Positions 44,432-55,415 of a stretch of DNA of 55,602 nucleotides are shown one piece after another (within the stretch, counting starts at the first letter, position 1; every line of letters starts with the position of its first letter). Where the stretch lies: the IMG/VR virus record IMGVR_UViG_3300042288_000346, positions 1 through 55,602 of that record; one strand, given 5' to 3'. Under the pieces are notes generated by a model. That model ran no database searches. It was not told where the DNA came from and was given only the letters and a program-made list of their open reading frames with translations. The translations under genes were made by a program, and so were the position numbers. Source of the stretch: a virus. Lineage: Duplodnaviria; Caudoviricetes.

Positions 44432-47071
44432 ATGGCAGGTTTCGTGATTCGAGGATTTCGCGGCATGCGTCCGATCCTCGACCCAAAGCTCCTTGATTCC
44501 TCTGAGGCACAAGAAGCCAAAGACGTTCGCCTTTTCTCCGGCAACATCGAGCCTGTCGAGAGCAACACCACCGTCACTGCGCTCAAGACCGTTTCAGGCA
44601 CTGTGCAGACAATCTTCCGCGCCAGAGACAACGTCGACGAATCCCTGAACTGGTTTGAGTTTACGGCGGACGTGGACATCGCACGATCGCCCATCACGCA
44701 GGACAGCTACGGCAGGACGTATTGGACTGGCGAGGACTACCCTCGCTACGCCCCTGAGTCTGTGGCGTTTTCCTCTGGCTCATCTGCCTACCCGCGCAAC
44801 TCGTATCGCCTTGGCATCCCGAAGCCGATAGTTGTTCCGCTTGTGACTGGCGTTCCGGTGACTGAGGCCGACACTGTCGAGCGCACCTACGTCCTGACGT
44901 ACATCAACACCGACGGAAGCAAGGAGTCCGCTCCCAGCGCTGAGGTGAAGGTCAAGGCGCTTTCTGCGAACGTCGATACCGGCGTCATTCTGGTTACCGG
45001 GTTCACCTACGAGAGCGGCACGTCCTACGTAGTGACCTGCTCTGCCTCGCACAACCTTGCCGTCAAGGACTACATCGGCGTCACCGGCTCGACTGAGGCC
45101 GGCTGGAACGACACTTGGGAAGTCTCCGCGGTCGTTGACTCCAAGGTGTTCAAGGTCAAGAACACGCAGGCATTCCCTGCTCAGCCACCGGCTGGCCCGT
45201 ATGTCGTCAAGCGCCGATACCCGCCGAAAGTGAAGCTGTTTAGTCTGCCGACAGATAACAATGGTAACTTGGACATAACCAGCAAGCGCATCTACCGCAA
45301 GGTGAGCGGCACGTTCCGCCTCGTGGATACCGTCCCACTGAGCGATGCAGAGTACATCGACCTGCATACGGATGCGGATCTGGCCGCGGGTGCGCCTCTG
45401 GCTTCCGGCGTCGAGAACCGCCCGACCCGTCCGATCACACCGCCGGTTGCGGTCATCCCGTTTACTGACACTACGGTGACTCCGGGTGCAACTACGGTGG
45501 CCAACGTCTACGCGACCGCTTTCGTGACCGCCGCCAACGTCGAGGGCACCCTCAGCAAGTCGTCTGGCGTGGTCAAGGTCATAGACGGCGTGACATCTGT
45601 CAATATCACCCACAACGAGGTGGTAGCCAGCGATGTCACCAAGAAGCGCATCTACCGCCAGACCGTCACCTACAGCGGGACGGGCACCTACACAGTGACG
45701 GACTCCGCCTATCGGCTGGTTGTCGAAGTGCCGGTGTCCCAATCCTCGTACACGGACACGGCCTCAAGCTCCGGCATCTCAGGCAACGCTGCCCCTGCCG
45801 TCCAGAATGGCATCGACGAGCCGCCGGGTGGAGCCGTGGCGGCGTTTGGCGCGGTGGGGGCACTTCCGGCCAAGGTCACCGCTGAGAGCCGCGTATACGT
45901 CTACACGTACGTCTCTGAGTACGGTGAGGAGGGGCCGCCTTCCGCTCCGTCCACCCTGATCGACGTCAACCCCAACGAGGGGGTTCTAGTCGTGACCGGG
46001 GGTGCGCCGACCGGAAGCTACAACATCACCAAGAAGTACATCTACCGCACGTCTAGTGGCTCAAGCGCAACAGATTACCAGTTCGTTGCTGAGGTTGCCG
46101 TCGGTACCACCAGCTACACGGACTACAAGAAGCAGACTGAGCTGGGCGAGATCATGCCGTCGCTCGACTGGGAGCAGCCGCCGACCAACCTGAAGGGCTT
46201 GAAGGTCATGGCCAATGGCATCTTCACGGCCTTCTCTGGGAAGGATTTGTGCTTCTCAGAGCCGTTCATGCCGCATGCGTGGTCGAGCAAGAACTTCCTG
46301 CCTGTAGACGCCACGATCATCGGCCTTGGGACGTTCGGCCAGTCGGTCGCTGTACTGACTGACTCCTTCCCGTACATCGCTACAGGCATCGACCCGTCTG
46401 CCATGACGCTCGTAAAGACGTCCTTTCAGCAGGCGTGCGTCTCAAAGCGGTCTATCGTGGATGCTGGCGACTCAGTCATCTATGCATCGCCGGACGGCCT
46501 TGCTCAGATCGGCCTGAACGGCGTCAGCCTGCTCACCGCAAAGATGCTGTCGCAGAAGCAGTGGCAGGAATACAACCCTTCGTCCATCCATGCCTACATT
46601 CACGAGGGGCGGTACTACGCCTTCTACACGAAGACGGACAACTCCAAGGGGCTGCTCGTCTTCAACTTAGTGGGCAACGATGCGCCGTTCACGATCGGCA
46701 CGCAGACGACCACAGCTGGCCATGTTGTAGCTACGTCGGACTCTTTGCACATCGTCGAGTCGAACAACATCGTCAAGATGGACAAGTCCTCGACCAAGCG
46801 CAATTACCTCTGGAAGTCGAAGGTTTTTGAGTCTGCTCAGGAGACCAACTTCGGCGTGGCTCAGGTTTTCTGCTCTACATACACGAACAACTGTACGCTT
46901 AAAATATACGCCGATGGCGTACTCAAGCTGACAAAGGTGGTAGCGAGTGCAGACCCGTTCCGCCTCCCAGCTGGGTACTTGGCACGCAACTGGTACGTGA
47001 CTGTTGAGGGACAAGATCCTGTGCAGATGATCGCTGTGGCCCAGTCTACCGCTGAGTTGAAAGGCGCATGA
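44432..47071 (+). CDS. Tail nozzle / stabilisation protein with repeated Ig/FN3-like inserts
   Basis: 879 aa; LCFSEPFMPHAW and YASPDGL motifs; three Y..T....E...S...K.IYR repeats. Confidence 0.75.
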   Translation: MAGFVIRGFRGMRPILDPKLLDSSEAQEAKDVRLFSGNIEPVESNTTVTALKTVSGTVQTIFRARDNVDESLNWFEFTADVDIARSPITQDSYGRTYWTGEDYPRYAPESVAFSSGSSAYPRNSYRLGIPKPIVVPLVTGVPVTEADTVERTYVLTYINTDGSKESAPSAEVKVKALSANVDTGVILVTGFTYESGTSYVVTCSASHNLAVKDYIGVTGSTEAGWNDTWEVSAVVDSKVFKVKNTQAFPAQPPAGPYVVKRRYPPKVKLFSLPTDNNGNLDITSKRIYRKVSGTFRLVDTVPLSDAEYIDLHTDADLAAGAPLASGVENRPTRPITPPVAVIPFTDTTVTPGATTVANVYATAFVTAANVEGTLSKSSGVVKVIDGVTSVNITHNEVVASDVTKKRIYRQTVTYSGTGTYTVTDSAYRLVVEVPVSQSSYTDTASSSGISGNAAPAVQNGIDEPPGGAVAAFGAVGALPAKVTAESRVYVYTYVSEYGEEGPPSAPSTLIDVNPNEGVLVVTGGAPTGSYNITKKYIYRTSSGSSATDYQFVAEVAVGTTSYTDYKKQTELGEIMPSLDWEQPPTNLKGLKVMANGIFTAFSGKDLCFSEPFMPHAWSSKNFLPVDATIIGLGTFGQSVAVLTDSFPYIATGIDPSAMTLVKTSFQQACVSKRSIVDAGDSVIYASPDGLAQIGLNGVSLLTAKMLSQKQWQEYNPSSIHAYIHEGRYYAFYTKTDNSKGLLVFNLVGNDAPFTIGTQTTTAGHVVATSDSLHIVESNNIVKMDKSSTKRNYLWKSKVFESAQETNFGVAQVFCSTYTNNCTLKIYADGVLKLTKVVASADPFRLPAGYLARNWYVTVEGQDPVQMIAVAQSTAELKGA

Positions 47072-50000
47072 GCGCAGAGACGAAAGTTCCGTCAATTCCT
47101 GACGTTGGCACTGGCTCCGTTGAGTACATTCTCAATTCGGTCAAGATGCTTCTCGACGTCAGAGAGGGCGTCTCTGGCAACAAGCTTGACGCCAATGTCA
47201 CCTATCGCGATCTCGTCAACCTTGGGATGGCGAAGGACGCTACTGGAGCTTACTCCGCGTCATCTGCTGCGAAGCTTAGCCTGCCGATATTCCCGCCGAA
47301 CGCAGACCCTGACGGATACGTTCCCTCTGAAGACCTGACTCCGCCGCCAGCTCCTGAGAATGTTGAGGCGTTTGGCTCGATCGGAATCATCTTCATTACT
47401 TGGGATCAGCCGTTCTACAAGAATCACCAGTACGCCGAAGTGTGGCGTGCTGAGAGCGATGACATTGGCGCAGCCACTCTGCTTGGAACCAGCGCGGCGC
47501 AGGGCTACATGGACAGCCCAAGGGCGAAAGAATTCACCTACTACTACTGGGTTCGGTTCGTATCCAAAGCTGACGTCAATGGCCCGTACAGCCAAGAGTC
47601 TGCATCCGCTCAGGCGTCGACTGACCCTGCTGAGCTGATCAAGATCCTTGAGGAAGAGATCCTCAGCCTCGATCTGGTCAAGGATCTTTCAAGCAGGATT
47701 CAGCTGATCGACGGGCCTACTGAGCTGGTCAACTCAGTGAACTACCGCATGAAGCAGGAGTTCACCGCTCGTGTTGCGGCAATCAATGCGGAGGCTGCGA
47801 CTCGTGCGCAGGCCTTGCTTGATGAGGCCGCGGCTCGTGGCACCGCTATCACTAATGAGCAGATTGCCAGACAGAACGCTGACGGCGCATTGGCTCAGGA
47901 CATCACGACTTTAACGGCTACCGTTAATGGCAACAACTCGACGCTGACTGCAGCCATTCAGGCTGAGGCTACAGCGCGAGCCAACGCAGACTCTGCTGAG
48001 GCTACTGAGCGAAACACGCTCGCCACTCAGATGCGCGGTGGCTATACCGGAAGTGATCTAGGTCAGCTCACCACGGGACTGATCTTCCAAGAGCGGCAGG
48101 CCAGATCCTCTCAGGACTCCGCCCTTGCTCAGCAGATCTCGCTGCTGACTGCCGGCGTGTCTGGCGGCTTTGATCCGTACGACACATTCCACTTCGACAG
48201 CTCTGTTGATGGATGGTCTGGGTCTAACTGCACGCTGTCTGTTGGTAACGGATACGTTACCCTAACTCCGACAGGCGCTGATCCTTCAATCAGCCTGTCT
48301 GCAGACTTCAACCCCGGCTTCAGTGGTGCTTCGTACCGCATCGTGAAAGTGCGTTTCAAGCGAGTTGCAGGCACTGGCTGGGTCGGCAAGCTGCGATGGA
48401 AGACGTCAGGCCACGGATTCTCTGCGTCATACGAGAAGACGATTGCAGATCCGGGTATCGGTGTAGGCGCGACAACGATCGTCGACTTCGATGTTGACGG
48501 CATTGCTGACTGGACTGGCGGCGCGATACTCAACATCCAGCTTCTTCTTGGAACCAGCTCAGATACGTTCGACATCGACTGGATCTCGATTGGCCGCAAT
48601 GCGCCTGCCGCGTCACAAGCGGCCATCCTTGAAGAGGCCGTTGCAAGAGCCGCTGCTGACTCTGCTGAAGCCACAGCAAGGCAGCTGCTTTCGACGTCAG
48701 TCATCGGGGTCACAGATCCTACTGGCGTCACGCTTTCAACGGTGGGCGGACTGATCGGCAGTGAGCGCACTGCTCGAACTAACGCAGACAGCAGCGAGGT
48801 CACGCAGCGAGAGCTTCTGTCGACGACGCTCACTGGGCAGTCAACAGCTTCCGGCCTGAATCTCAACAACATCTCAGGAATCATTGGCGAAGAGAGAACG
48901 GCTCGCGTCAATGCTGACAGCTCTCAAACTACGGTAACCACTGGCCTTCAGTCTCAGGTAAACCTGAAGACGAAGGTTTATCAGCAGGCCGCACAGCCGA
49001 CATCTCCTCCGTCCCCGCTAACATCATTCACTGTCGGCGATCTTTGGATCGACACAGACGACAGCAATAAGATGTACCGCTGGACTGGCAGCGCTTGGGT
49101 TGAGACTACTGACGGAAGAATTGGGACACTGACTGGAAACGTCAGCACACTTCAGGAGACCTACAGCAGCTTAGACACTGCTGTAAACGGGCCGACTGGT
49201 CTTGCCACGAGGATGAGCGCGGTCGAGACCGTTGCCGCCAGCAAGAACAAAACCTTCCGTCAAACAACAGCGCCAACAGGTGCGCTTGTAACTGGCGATA
49301 TTTGGTTCAACACGGCCAGTAACAACGCTGCTTACAGATGGGACGGATCAGCTTGGGTTCTCACTGAGGACTCAAGAATTCCTCAGACTGCTGCAGCCGT
49401 GGTCAACGTCGAGCAGACGAAGATCGGCTACGCAACACTCTCGAATGGCGAGGTGTTCGACAACAACGGCGCTATCCGCAACGCGACTGACGTCGCCACA
49501 TGGAACGCCGCCAACCCCAGCAATCCTGCCACATGGAACGTAGGCATCCCGTTTGCCTCCGCCGTGAAGCAGGTGCGCATCTCTGACGGCCTGTCGTCTG
49601 TTGCTCTTGAGCAGCGGTTCACTGCGCAGCGCGGCACGAACAACACGCTTCTTGGGCAGTACTCAGTCAAGATCGACAACAACGGGCACGTATCTGGCTT
49701 TGGCCTGTCAAGCACGGAAGTCAACGGCACACCGACATCTGCGTTCATTATCCGCGCAGACAAGTTCGCGATCGTTGATCCGGCAAGTGGTGCCAATAAC
49801 CTAACGAACTCGCCGTCTGCTGACACAGTTCCGTTTGCTGTTGATGGTGGGGCTGTCTACATCAAGACCGCGTTCATCAAGGACGCGACTATATCGTCCG
49901 CTAAGATTGCCTCGCTCGTTGCCAACAAGATTACTGCCGGATACATCAACGCAGTTGTTGGTATCAATGGTGCTAAGACTTACGGCACTGAGTTGTATGC

Positions 50001-51090
50001 TGGCGGAAGCACCAGCGTGCAGACTGATGGTTTAGGCAATGTCATAGGGTTTACTGCGCAGAATCCGACGCTATCTATTGTCAATGGCATAGCAACGTTT
50101 GTTGCGTCGTCATTCCGCATTGCGAACTCCGCATCCGGAACGCCGACAAACTCGTTCCCGTTTATTGTTGAAGGCGGGGTTACATACCTAAATACAGCCA
50201 TCATAAAAAACGGCACGATTACGACTGCGCAAATTGAAAACGCGACAATCAGTAACGCGCAAATTACTAGCCTTTCCGCAGACAAGATCACTAGCGGAAC
50301 AATCTCTACGTCTCGTCTTGCGATTGACACGAACACACTGACTTCTAGCGGCGGACTGCTGACCATCAGCGGCGGCGCTATCACGAACCAGCTTATTGCC
50401 ACCAACGCCAACATCGATGGCGCGAAGATTGCGAACCTTTCAGTCAACACCCTGAAGATTGCAGGCAATGCAATCACGCAGCCACAGGTATACACGGCTG
50501 CAGACGTTTACGTGCCTAATGCATCTGCAATTCAGATGACGAGCAGCGGCGTTTCTGAGAACTACAACTACGTCGGAACAAATAACGGCGACTACATTTT
50601 CATTCAGTACTACGATTTCTATACTGGCAATCTCATCGAGTACTACGAGTTCGTCGGCACAGGCAATGGCGACTACACGAGAACAGTTGTCTACGGGCCG
50701 CCGACTTTCCTGAACGAAATTCTGGTTATTGAGACTCCTGTCGTTACGGTTGGCGTGGACGCTACTGCCGCTGTGCAGATCGTGTACTACGCAACGCACG
50801 ACGGCTCTATCTACACCTACAACGATTCCGGCCAACATCTTTTCATGCTTCTCGATACCGGATCTGGGTATCGCCTTGTGGCGCAGCAGCAAGTAGGACT
50901 TCGCACTGACAGCAGTGCAGACACTATGGCATCTCTCCCGATTGCCATGACGTTCACGGCAAAAGACATTACGACAGCTAGGGTGAAGATCCTAACTGGC
51001 AGCCGGCGTGTTGACCTTCCGATGGGCAATGGCAGTAACCCTTGCTGGCTGCGTAACAGCACAATCTCACTGCTGGGGGCAAAGCGATGA
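47068..51090 (+). CDS. Tail tip / host-specificity protein (J-like, DUF1983-like segment)
   Basis: FN3-like YYYWVRFV, coiled-coil ARANADS repeats, two GD.W..T...YRW.GSAWV repeats, YSVKIDNNGHVSGFGL...ADKFAI. Confidence 0.78.
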   Translation: MSAETKVPSIPDVGTGSVEYILNSVKMLLDVREGVSGNKLDANVTYRDLVNLGMAKDATGAYSASSAAKLSLPIFPPNADPDGYVPSEDLTPPPAPENVEAFGSIGIIFITWDQPFYKNHQYAEVWRAESDDIGAATLLGTSAAQGYMDSPRAKEFTYYYWVRFVSKADVNGPYSQESASAQASTDPAELIKILEEEILSLDLVKDLSSRIQLIDGPTELVNSVNYRMKQEFTARVAAINAEAATRAQALLDEAAARGTAITNEQIARQNADGALAQDITTLTATVNGNNSTLTAAIQAEATARANADSAEATERNTLATQMRGGYTGSDLGQLTTGLIFQERQARSSQDSALAQQISLLTAGVSGGFDPYDTFHFDSSVDGWSGSNCTLSVGNGYVTLTPTGADPSISLSADFNPGFSGASYRIVKVRFKRVAGTGWVGKLRWKTSGHGFSASYEKTIADPGIGVGATTIVDFDVDGIADWTGGAILNIQLLLGTSSDTFDIDWISIGRNAPAASQAAILEEAVARAAADSAEATARQLLSTSVIGVTDPTGVTLSTVGGLIGSERTARTNADSSEVTQRELLSTTLTGQSTASGLNLNNISGIIGEERTARVNADSSQTTVTTGLQSQVNLKTKVYQQAAQPTSPPSPLTSFTVGDLWIDTDDSNKMYRWTGSAWVETTDGRIGTLTGNVSTLQETYSSLDTAVNGPTGLATRMSAVETVAASKNKTFRQTTAPTGALVTGDIWFNTASNNAAYRWDGSAWVLTEDSRIPQTAAAVVNVEQTKIGYATLSNGEVFDNNGAIRNATDVATWNAANPSNPATWNVGIPFASAVKQVRISDGLSSVALEQRFTAQRGTNNTLLGQYSVKIDNNGHVSGFGLSSTEVNGTPTSAFIIRADKFAIVDPASGANNLTNSPSADTVPFAVDGGAVYIKTAFIKDATISSAKIASLVANKITAGYINAVVGINGAKTYGTELYAGGSTSVQTDGLGNVIGFTAQNPTLSIVNGIATFVASSFRIANSASGTPTNSFPFIVEGGVTYLNTAIIKNGTITTAQIENATISNAQITSLSADKITSGTISTSRLAIDTNTLTSSGGLLTISGGAITNQLIATNANIDGAKIANLSVNTLKIAGNAITQPQVYTAADVYVPNASAIQMTSSGVSENYNYVGTNNGDYIFIQYYDFYTGNLIEYYEFVGTGNGDYTRTVVYGPPTFLNEILVIETPVVTVGVDATAAVQIVYYATHDGSIYTYNDSGQHLFMLLDTGSGYRLVAQQQVGLRTDSSADTMASLPIAMTFTAKDITTARVKILTGSRRVDLPMGNGSNPCWLRNSTISLLGAKR

Positions 51091-51458
51091 GTTTCATGGC
51101 TGTCTTTGATGTCGACGGTCGGTGCAAGTACGTCCTTGATGGAACCCCTGATTCAGTTGCCGTCAGAGACGAGGCTGCCGTCGCTTACAGCGAAGAGCCT
51201 ATAAACCCAAACATGGTTTGGTATGACCACGAGGCAGGGAAAATGATGCCTCGCACGCCATTCCGTGTTTCGGTCACGAACAACCGGATAGAGCGCGTTC
51301 CTGTCGGAACCAAGGTCTACGTCGGGGCAGATTCTGCTGTCGTAAACGAAGGGTCTATAGACTTCGATGTTTCGTACGCACAGACAATTGTTGTGACTAT
51401 GATGCACATACGTCACATAGACAAAGTCTTGGAGGTTCGCTGTGAAGTTCCGGGTTAA
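51087..51458 (+). CDS. Tail-associated hypothetical protein
   Basis: Coupled to the tail tip gene. Confidence 0.6.
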   Translation: MSFMAVFDVDGRCKYVLDGTPDSVAVRDEAAVAYSEEPINPNMVWYDHEAGKMMPRTPFRVSVTNNRIERVPVGTKVYVGADSAVVNEGSIDFDVSYAQTIVVTMMHIRHIDKVLEVRCEVPG

Positions 51459-51618
51459 TCAGGACTACGCAGAGCTTCGCCGCTCCGAATACCCGCCGAT
51501 AGGCGATCAGCTGGATGCACTGTGGAAGGGGGGCGCTGTCCTTGAGGAGATGGCTCGCAAGGTTGCCGCCGTGAAGGAGAAATACCCTAAGCCGCCGCCG
51601 TCTGGTGAGCAGCCGTGA
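51442..51618 (+). CDS. Tail fibre assembly-like small protein (58 aa)
   Basis: Manually translated; YAELRRSEYPPIGDQLDALW...VKEKYPKP motif. Confidence 0.7.
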   Translation: MKFRVNQDYAELRRSEYPPIGDQLDALWKGGAVLEEMARKVAAVKEKYPKPPPSGEQP

Positions 51619-52208
51619 ACATTCTGAGGCAGATCCTTGAGCGCAACATAGGCAACGTCCTCACTGAGGAGCTTGCGCTTGGCATCCTGTTATCGGTATC
51701 CGGTAACAGCGATGAGTACATCAATATCGCGGACATCCCCCCTGAAGATTATGGGGATGCAGTTATCAACGTCGAGTTCCTGAAGGACTGCTTGGATGAG
51801 ATCAAGCCAGTCCATGCCCAGCACTGGGCAGAGACGGAATCCTATCGACACGGAATCGCTCTCAATCCTAACTACGAGTACATGTGCAACGCTGAGGCGC
51901 AGGGCCGCTTCATGCTGTTCACTGTGCGAGTTGCTGGCCGGTTGGTTGGCAACTGCATGATGTACTTGTCGAAGAGTACTCACACCCAGAAGTGGGTTGC
52001 TGAGGAAGACACCATTTTCATTCTGCCCGAATACCGCAAAGGTCGGCTCGGGATTCGCCTCATCCGCTACGTTGAAGATGTTCTCTTGAACATGGGGGTG
52101 ACGGAGATACGTGTGACAGTCAAGGAAGTCAACGAAGTTGGCAGGCTGTTGCAACACCTTGGCTATGACCACACTGGCAATCAATTAACTAAGATCCTTC
52201 AGGAGTAA
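51615..52208 (+). CDS. GNAT-family acetyltransferase
   Basis: FILPEYRKGRLGIRLIRYVE acetyl-CoA motif A and LLQHLGY; precedes the ejection genes. Confidence 0.82.
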   Translation: MNILRQILERNIGNVLTEELALGILLSVSGNSDEYINIADIPPEDYGDAVINVEFLKDCLDEIKPVHAQHWAETESYRHGIALNPNYEYMCNAEAQGRFMLFTVRVAGRLVGNCMMYLSKSTHTQKWVAEEDTIFILPEYRKGRLGIRLIRYVEDVLLNMGVTEIRVTVKEVNEVGRLLQHLGYDHTGNQLTKILQE

Positions 52209-52211
52209 CAC

Positions 52212-53288
52212 ATGTGCAGTGACGCGCCCCCGCCGCCGGACTTCACGCCGCTTGCAAACGCGATGCGTGATGTCGGTGACAAAATGGCAGCACTTGGCCA
52301 GCAGCAGCTTGCCTTCGGTCAGCAGCGGTATCAGGAAACGATGCCGCTATACCAGCAGCTCGTATCCTCCAACCTGCAGGGACAGCAGCTTGCGATGGAC
52401 ATGGCGAAGGATGCCGCTAAGGAGCGCCTGAAGTACCGCGCCCTTGAGGACAGCCTCGTTGAGGAAGCGCAGCGTGCTTCTGCAATGGATCGCGGCGACA
52501 TCTTTGCAGGCCGCGCTGCTGCCGATGTCGAGCAATCGCTCGCTCAGCAGAGAAGCGCCGCAGTGCGGAATCTGACGCGCATGGGTGTGAACCCGAATGC
52601 CGCTCGATTCGCCGCACTGAACGACGAGTTCGCGATTCGCGGAGCCGCTGCAACTGCTGGTGCCAAGACCGCCGGTCGCATGGCTGGCGAAGAGTACTCC
52701 ACCCGCCTGCGGTACAACGCAGCAGCGATGGGGCGCGGCCTTCCTGCTCAGCAGCTGTCGGCGATCGGCACTGGAATACAGGCCGGCGGCGCAACGGGTG
52801 CGCTTGTGCAGCAGCAGAACGCCCCGATGTATGCTGGCTTCCAAGGTGCGATGGGCGGACTGCAGGGTCAGATGGGCGGCATCCAAGGTGCCGGCAACCT
52901 TCTGAATCAGGGCTACCAGAACCAGCTCGCCTACAGTCAGCAAAACGCTGGATTGGCCGGCGCACTTGGCCAGCTTGGCGGTATGGCTATGGGGTACTTC
53001 ATGCCCGGAGCTGCCGACGGCGGTCAGGTTGACGATGTGATCAGTGACGCCAGTAAGAACGAGTACGGCTCAGGCGGAAAGATCTCTGGCCCCGGCACTG
53101 GAACGTCGGACAGCGTTCAGGCTCTGAATACTTCTGACGGCACGCCAATCAAGCTGAGCAATGGCGAGTACATCATCCCCGCCGATGTTGTTCGCGAGAA
53201 GGGCAAAGAGTTCTTCGACAACATGGTTCAGAAGTACCACACGCCCGTACGCAAAGGGCGTCGGCGCAAAGCTCTGAGGAAGGGTTAA
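52212..53288 (+). CDS. Internal virion / ejection (pilot) protein
   Basis: Ala/Gly/Gln-rich; C-terminal GPGTGTSDS...LSNGEYIIPADVV module. Confidence 0.72.
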   Translation: MCSDAPPPPDFTPLANAMRDVGDKMAALGQQQLAFGQQRYQETMPLYQQLVSSNLQGQQLAMDMAKDAAKERLKYRALEDSLVEEAQRASAMDRGDIFAGRAAADVEQSLAQQRSAAVRNLTRMGVNPNAARFAALNDEFAIRGAAATAGAKTAGRMAGEEYSTRLRYNAAAMGRGLPAQQLSAIGTGIQAGGATGALVQQQNAPMYAGFQGAMGGLQGQMGGIQGAGNLLNQGYQNQLAYSQQNAGLAGALGQLGGMAMGYFMPGAADGGQVDDVISDASKNEYGSGGKISGPGTGTSDSVQALNTSDGTPIKLSNGEYIIPADVVREKGKEFFDNMVQKYHTPVRKGRRRKALRKG

Positions 53289-53290
53289 TC

Positions 53291-54481
53291 ATGGCAAGCT
53301 TCGCAGAAGGTCTCGTCAAGGGTCTCCAGCAGCAGCAGGAGCTTAACCTCCGCCGATCTGAGCAGAAAAGACAGCAGGCTATCAGCATGTCGCAGCTTGC
53401 CTCTGCAGAAGAGGAGCGTCAGTACAGGCGCGAGCAGCGTGATAAGCAGGAAAAGGCGGCTGGAGAAATCCGGCAGCTGATGGATGGCGTTTTCGGTTAC
53501 GACGAAACGCTGCCTGCTCAGGCTGTTCCGGGTCAAGCCGCTCCTGCGCAGACTGTCAGAAAGCAGTACGACATTTATGACAGCTCCCCCGAAGGCCGCG
53601 AGCGTCAACTGCGGTATCACTCTGGGTACACCCGCATTCTCATGAACAACGGCCTGATGTCGCCTACCGACATGAAGGCGTCTGCGGAATACGCCGGGTA
53701 TCTTGATAAGTCTGGTGTCTCTGATGCGGCTCTTAACCTGTTCCTGACTGACGGTCGAGATGCAAAGTCTCTTGGCTTCCTTGCCAAGAAGCTCAACCTT
53801 GATCCAAACAGCGTCAAGATCACCGGCTCACTCGTGGACAACTCCGCGAAGATTGATGCAAAAAGTTTGGGCGGCGAGTCCTTCTCACGTCCGCTTGGGG
53901 ACATTTTCTCCGCGCTTGGCATCAATGCGTTTGAGAACATTCAGAAGGCCAAGCGTGAAGAGAAGGTCACTACTGCAACTCTTGAAAACCTTGAGGCAAA
54001 AACCAGTCTTGTTCGCGGCCAGACAAGACTTGCCGGCTCACGCGCTGCTGCGCTTGATGCTGGATCGCAAGAGGTGAAGTTGAAGGATCTTCCTAAGCTT
54101 TACTCCACCATGAAGGGGCCAACTGATACAAACGCCCCTGTTATGCCGCAAGGTCAAGAGATCCTCCGCAATGCTGTTGACGGCGCTAGGGGCGCTGGAG
54201 CTAACGGCAAGCAGGCGACTGACTTTGCCATCTCACTTGTATCCTCTCTTCGCACAGATCCTGCGTTTGTTCAGGCCATGCGAAATGCTGCTAAAGATCA
54301 GGGTGTAAACATTCGACAGCCGAATCTTTACAATCTGTTCGAGCAGCAGTTCTTGGCAGAAAAGGTTCGCGAATTTGTGAACTCAGACGCAGGCCAAGCT
54401 CAGCTGCGATCGCAGTTTGGTCGAGGCGCTGCAGAAAGATCGTCTGCAATGGATACGACTCAAGACGCTTCAGCTGAATAA
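53291..54481 (+). CDS. Internal virion / ejection protein
   Basis: 396-aa helical protein between the pilot and giant proteins. Confidence 0.65.
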   Translation: MASFAEGLVKGLQQQQELNLRRSEQKRQQAISMSQLASAEEERQYRREQRDKQEKAAGEIRQLMDGVFGYDETLPAQAVPGQAAPAQTVRKQYDIYDSSPEGRERQLRYHSGYTRILMNNGLMSPTDMKASAEYAGYLDKSGVSDAALNLFLTDGRDAKSLGFLAKKLNLDPNSVKITGSLVDNSAKIDAKSLGGESFSRPLGDIFSALGINAFENIQKAKREEKVTTATLENLEAKTSLVRGQTRLAGSRAAALDAGSQEVKLKDLPKLYSTMKGPTDTNAPVMPQGQEILRNAVDGARGAGANGKQATDFAISLVSSLRTDPAFVQAMRNAAKDQGVNIRQPNLYNLFEQQFLAEKVREFVNSDAGQAQLRSQFGRGAAERSSAMDTTQDASAE

Positions 54482-54494
54482 TCCGGAGGCTTAG

Positions 54495-55415
54495 ATGGCC
54501 ATTGATACTTCATTCCTGTTTAAGCAGACCGGATCGACTCAGCCTGAGAAACGAGCCGCTGCGATACAGGATGCCGCCGCACAGCAGGATGACCAGCTGA
54601 TCACGGGCACTCAGCCGTCGTCTATCGACACTAGCTTCCTGTTCAAGGCTCCCGCTCGCGCCGCTATTCCGCCTGAGACAACACCTGAAGAAGTTGCCGC
54701 TGAGCAACCCGGCACGTCTAACCCGCTTTATGGTGCTGCCGCTAGAACAGCAACCATTGCTGGCGAAACTGTCGAGGCCACGAAGCGCGTTGGAGAAGCT
54801 GCTCCTGTATCAGCCTTCCAGCCGGGTATCTCCGGACTTGGCGCTGGGATTAAGCTTGTCGCCCCAACTCTACAGAAGTGGGCAGACGGTCTTCGAGGCT
54901 GGGGAGAGAGCATTGGCTACTCTCCTAGCACTCAGCTAAAAAACATAAGCGACAATCCATTAACTCTTATTCCGTTTATCGCGGAAAGAGTTATCACATC
55001 TGTTCCCGATATGGCTGCTGCAGCTTTGGCTACTCCCGTGTATGCCGCTGCTCGCACAAACGAAGTGCTTAACGAGCGCCTCAAGAACGATCAGAAAACT
55101 CTTGAGGATGCCACGGTTGGTGACGTTGCCACCGCCGCTGGCGTTGCCGCTGTCGAAACTATGTTCGAGCGTTTTGCCACTAACCGCATCTTCAAGAAAC
55201 TTCCTGAAGGCGAGGGCTTGTCGATTCCGCGAACCCTCCAAGAGACTGGCGTTCAGGCTGGAACTGAGGGCGTAGAAGAAGCCGCTGCGTACCTTGGCGG
55301 AACAGCTGGCACCAAGGCTGGCGTAAACGTCAACGACCTTGCGGCTAACGTACTTGAGGGCATGATCGTTGGCGGCGGACTTGGCGCAACAACTCAGGCT
55401 GTTAGGGAGATTGCC
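54495..55415 (+). CDS. Giant polyvalent ejection protein, N-terminal 307 aa (continues at base 1)
   Basis: GGAGG RBS, then MAIDTSFLFK...; IDTSFLFK occurs twice. No stop codon before the join, and in frame with base 1. Confidence 0.88.
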
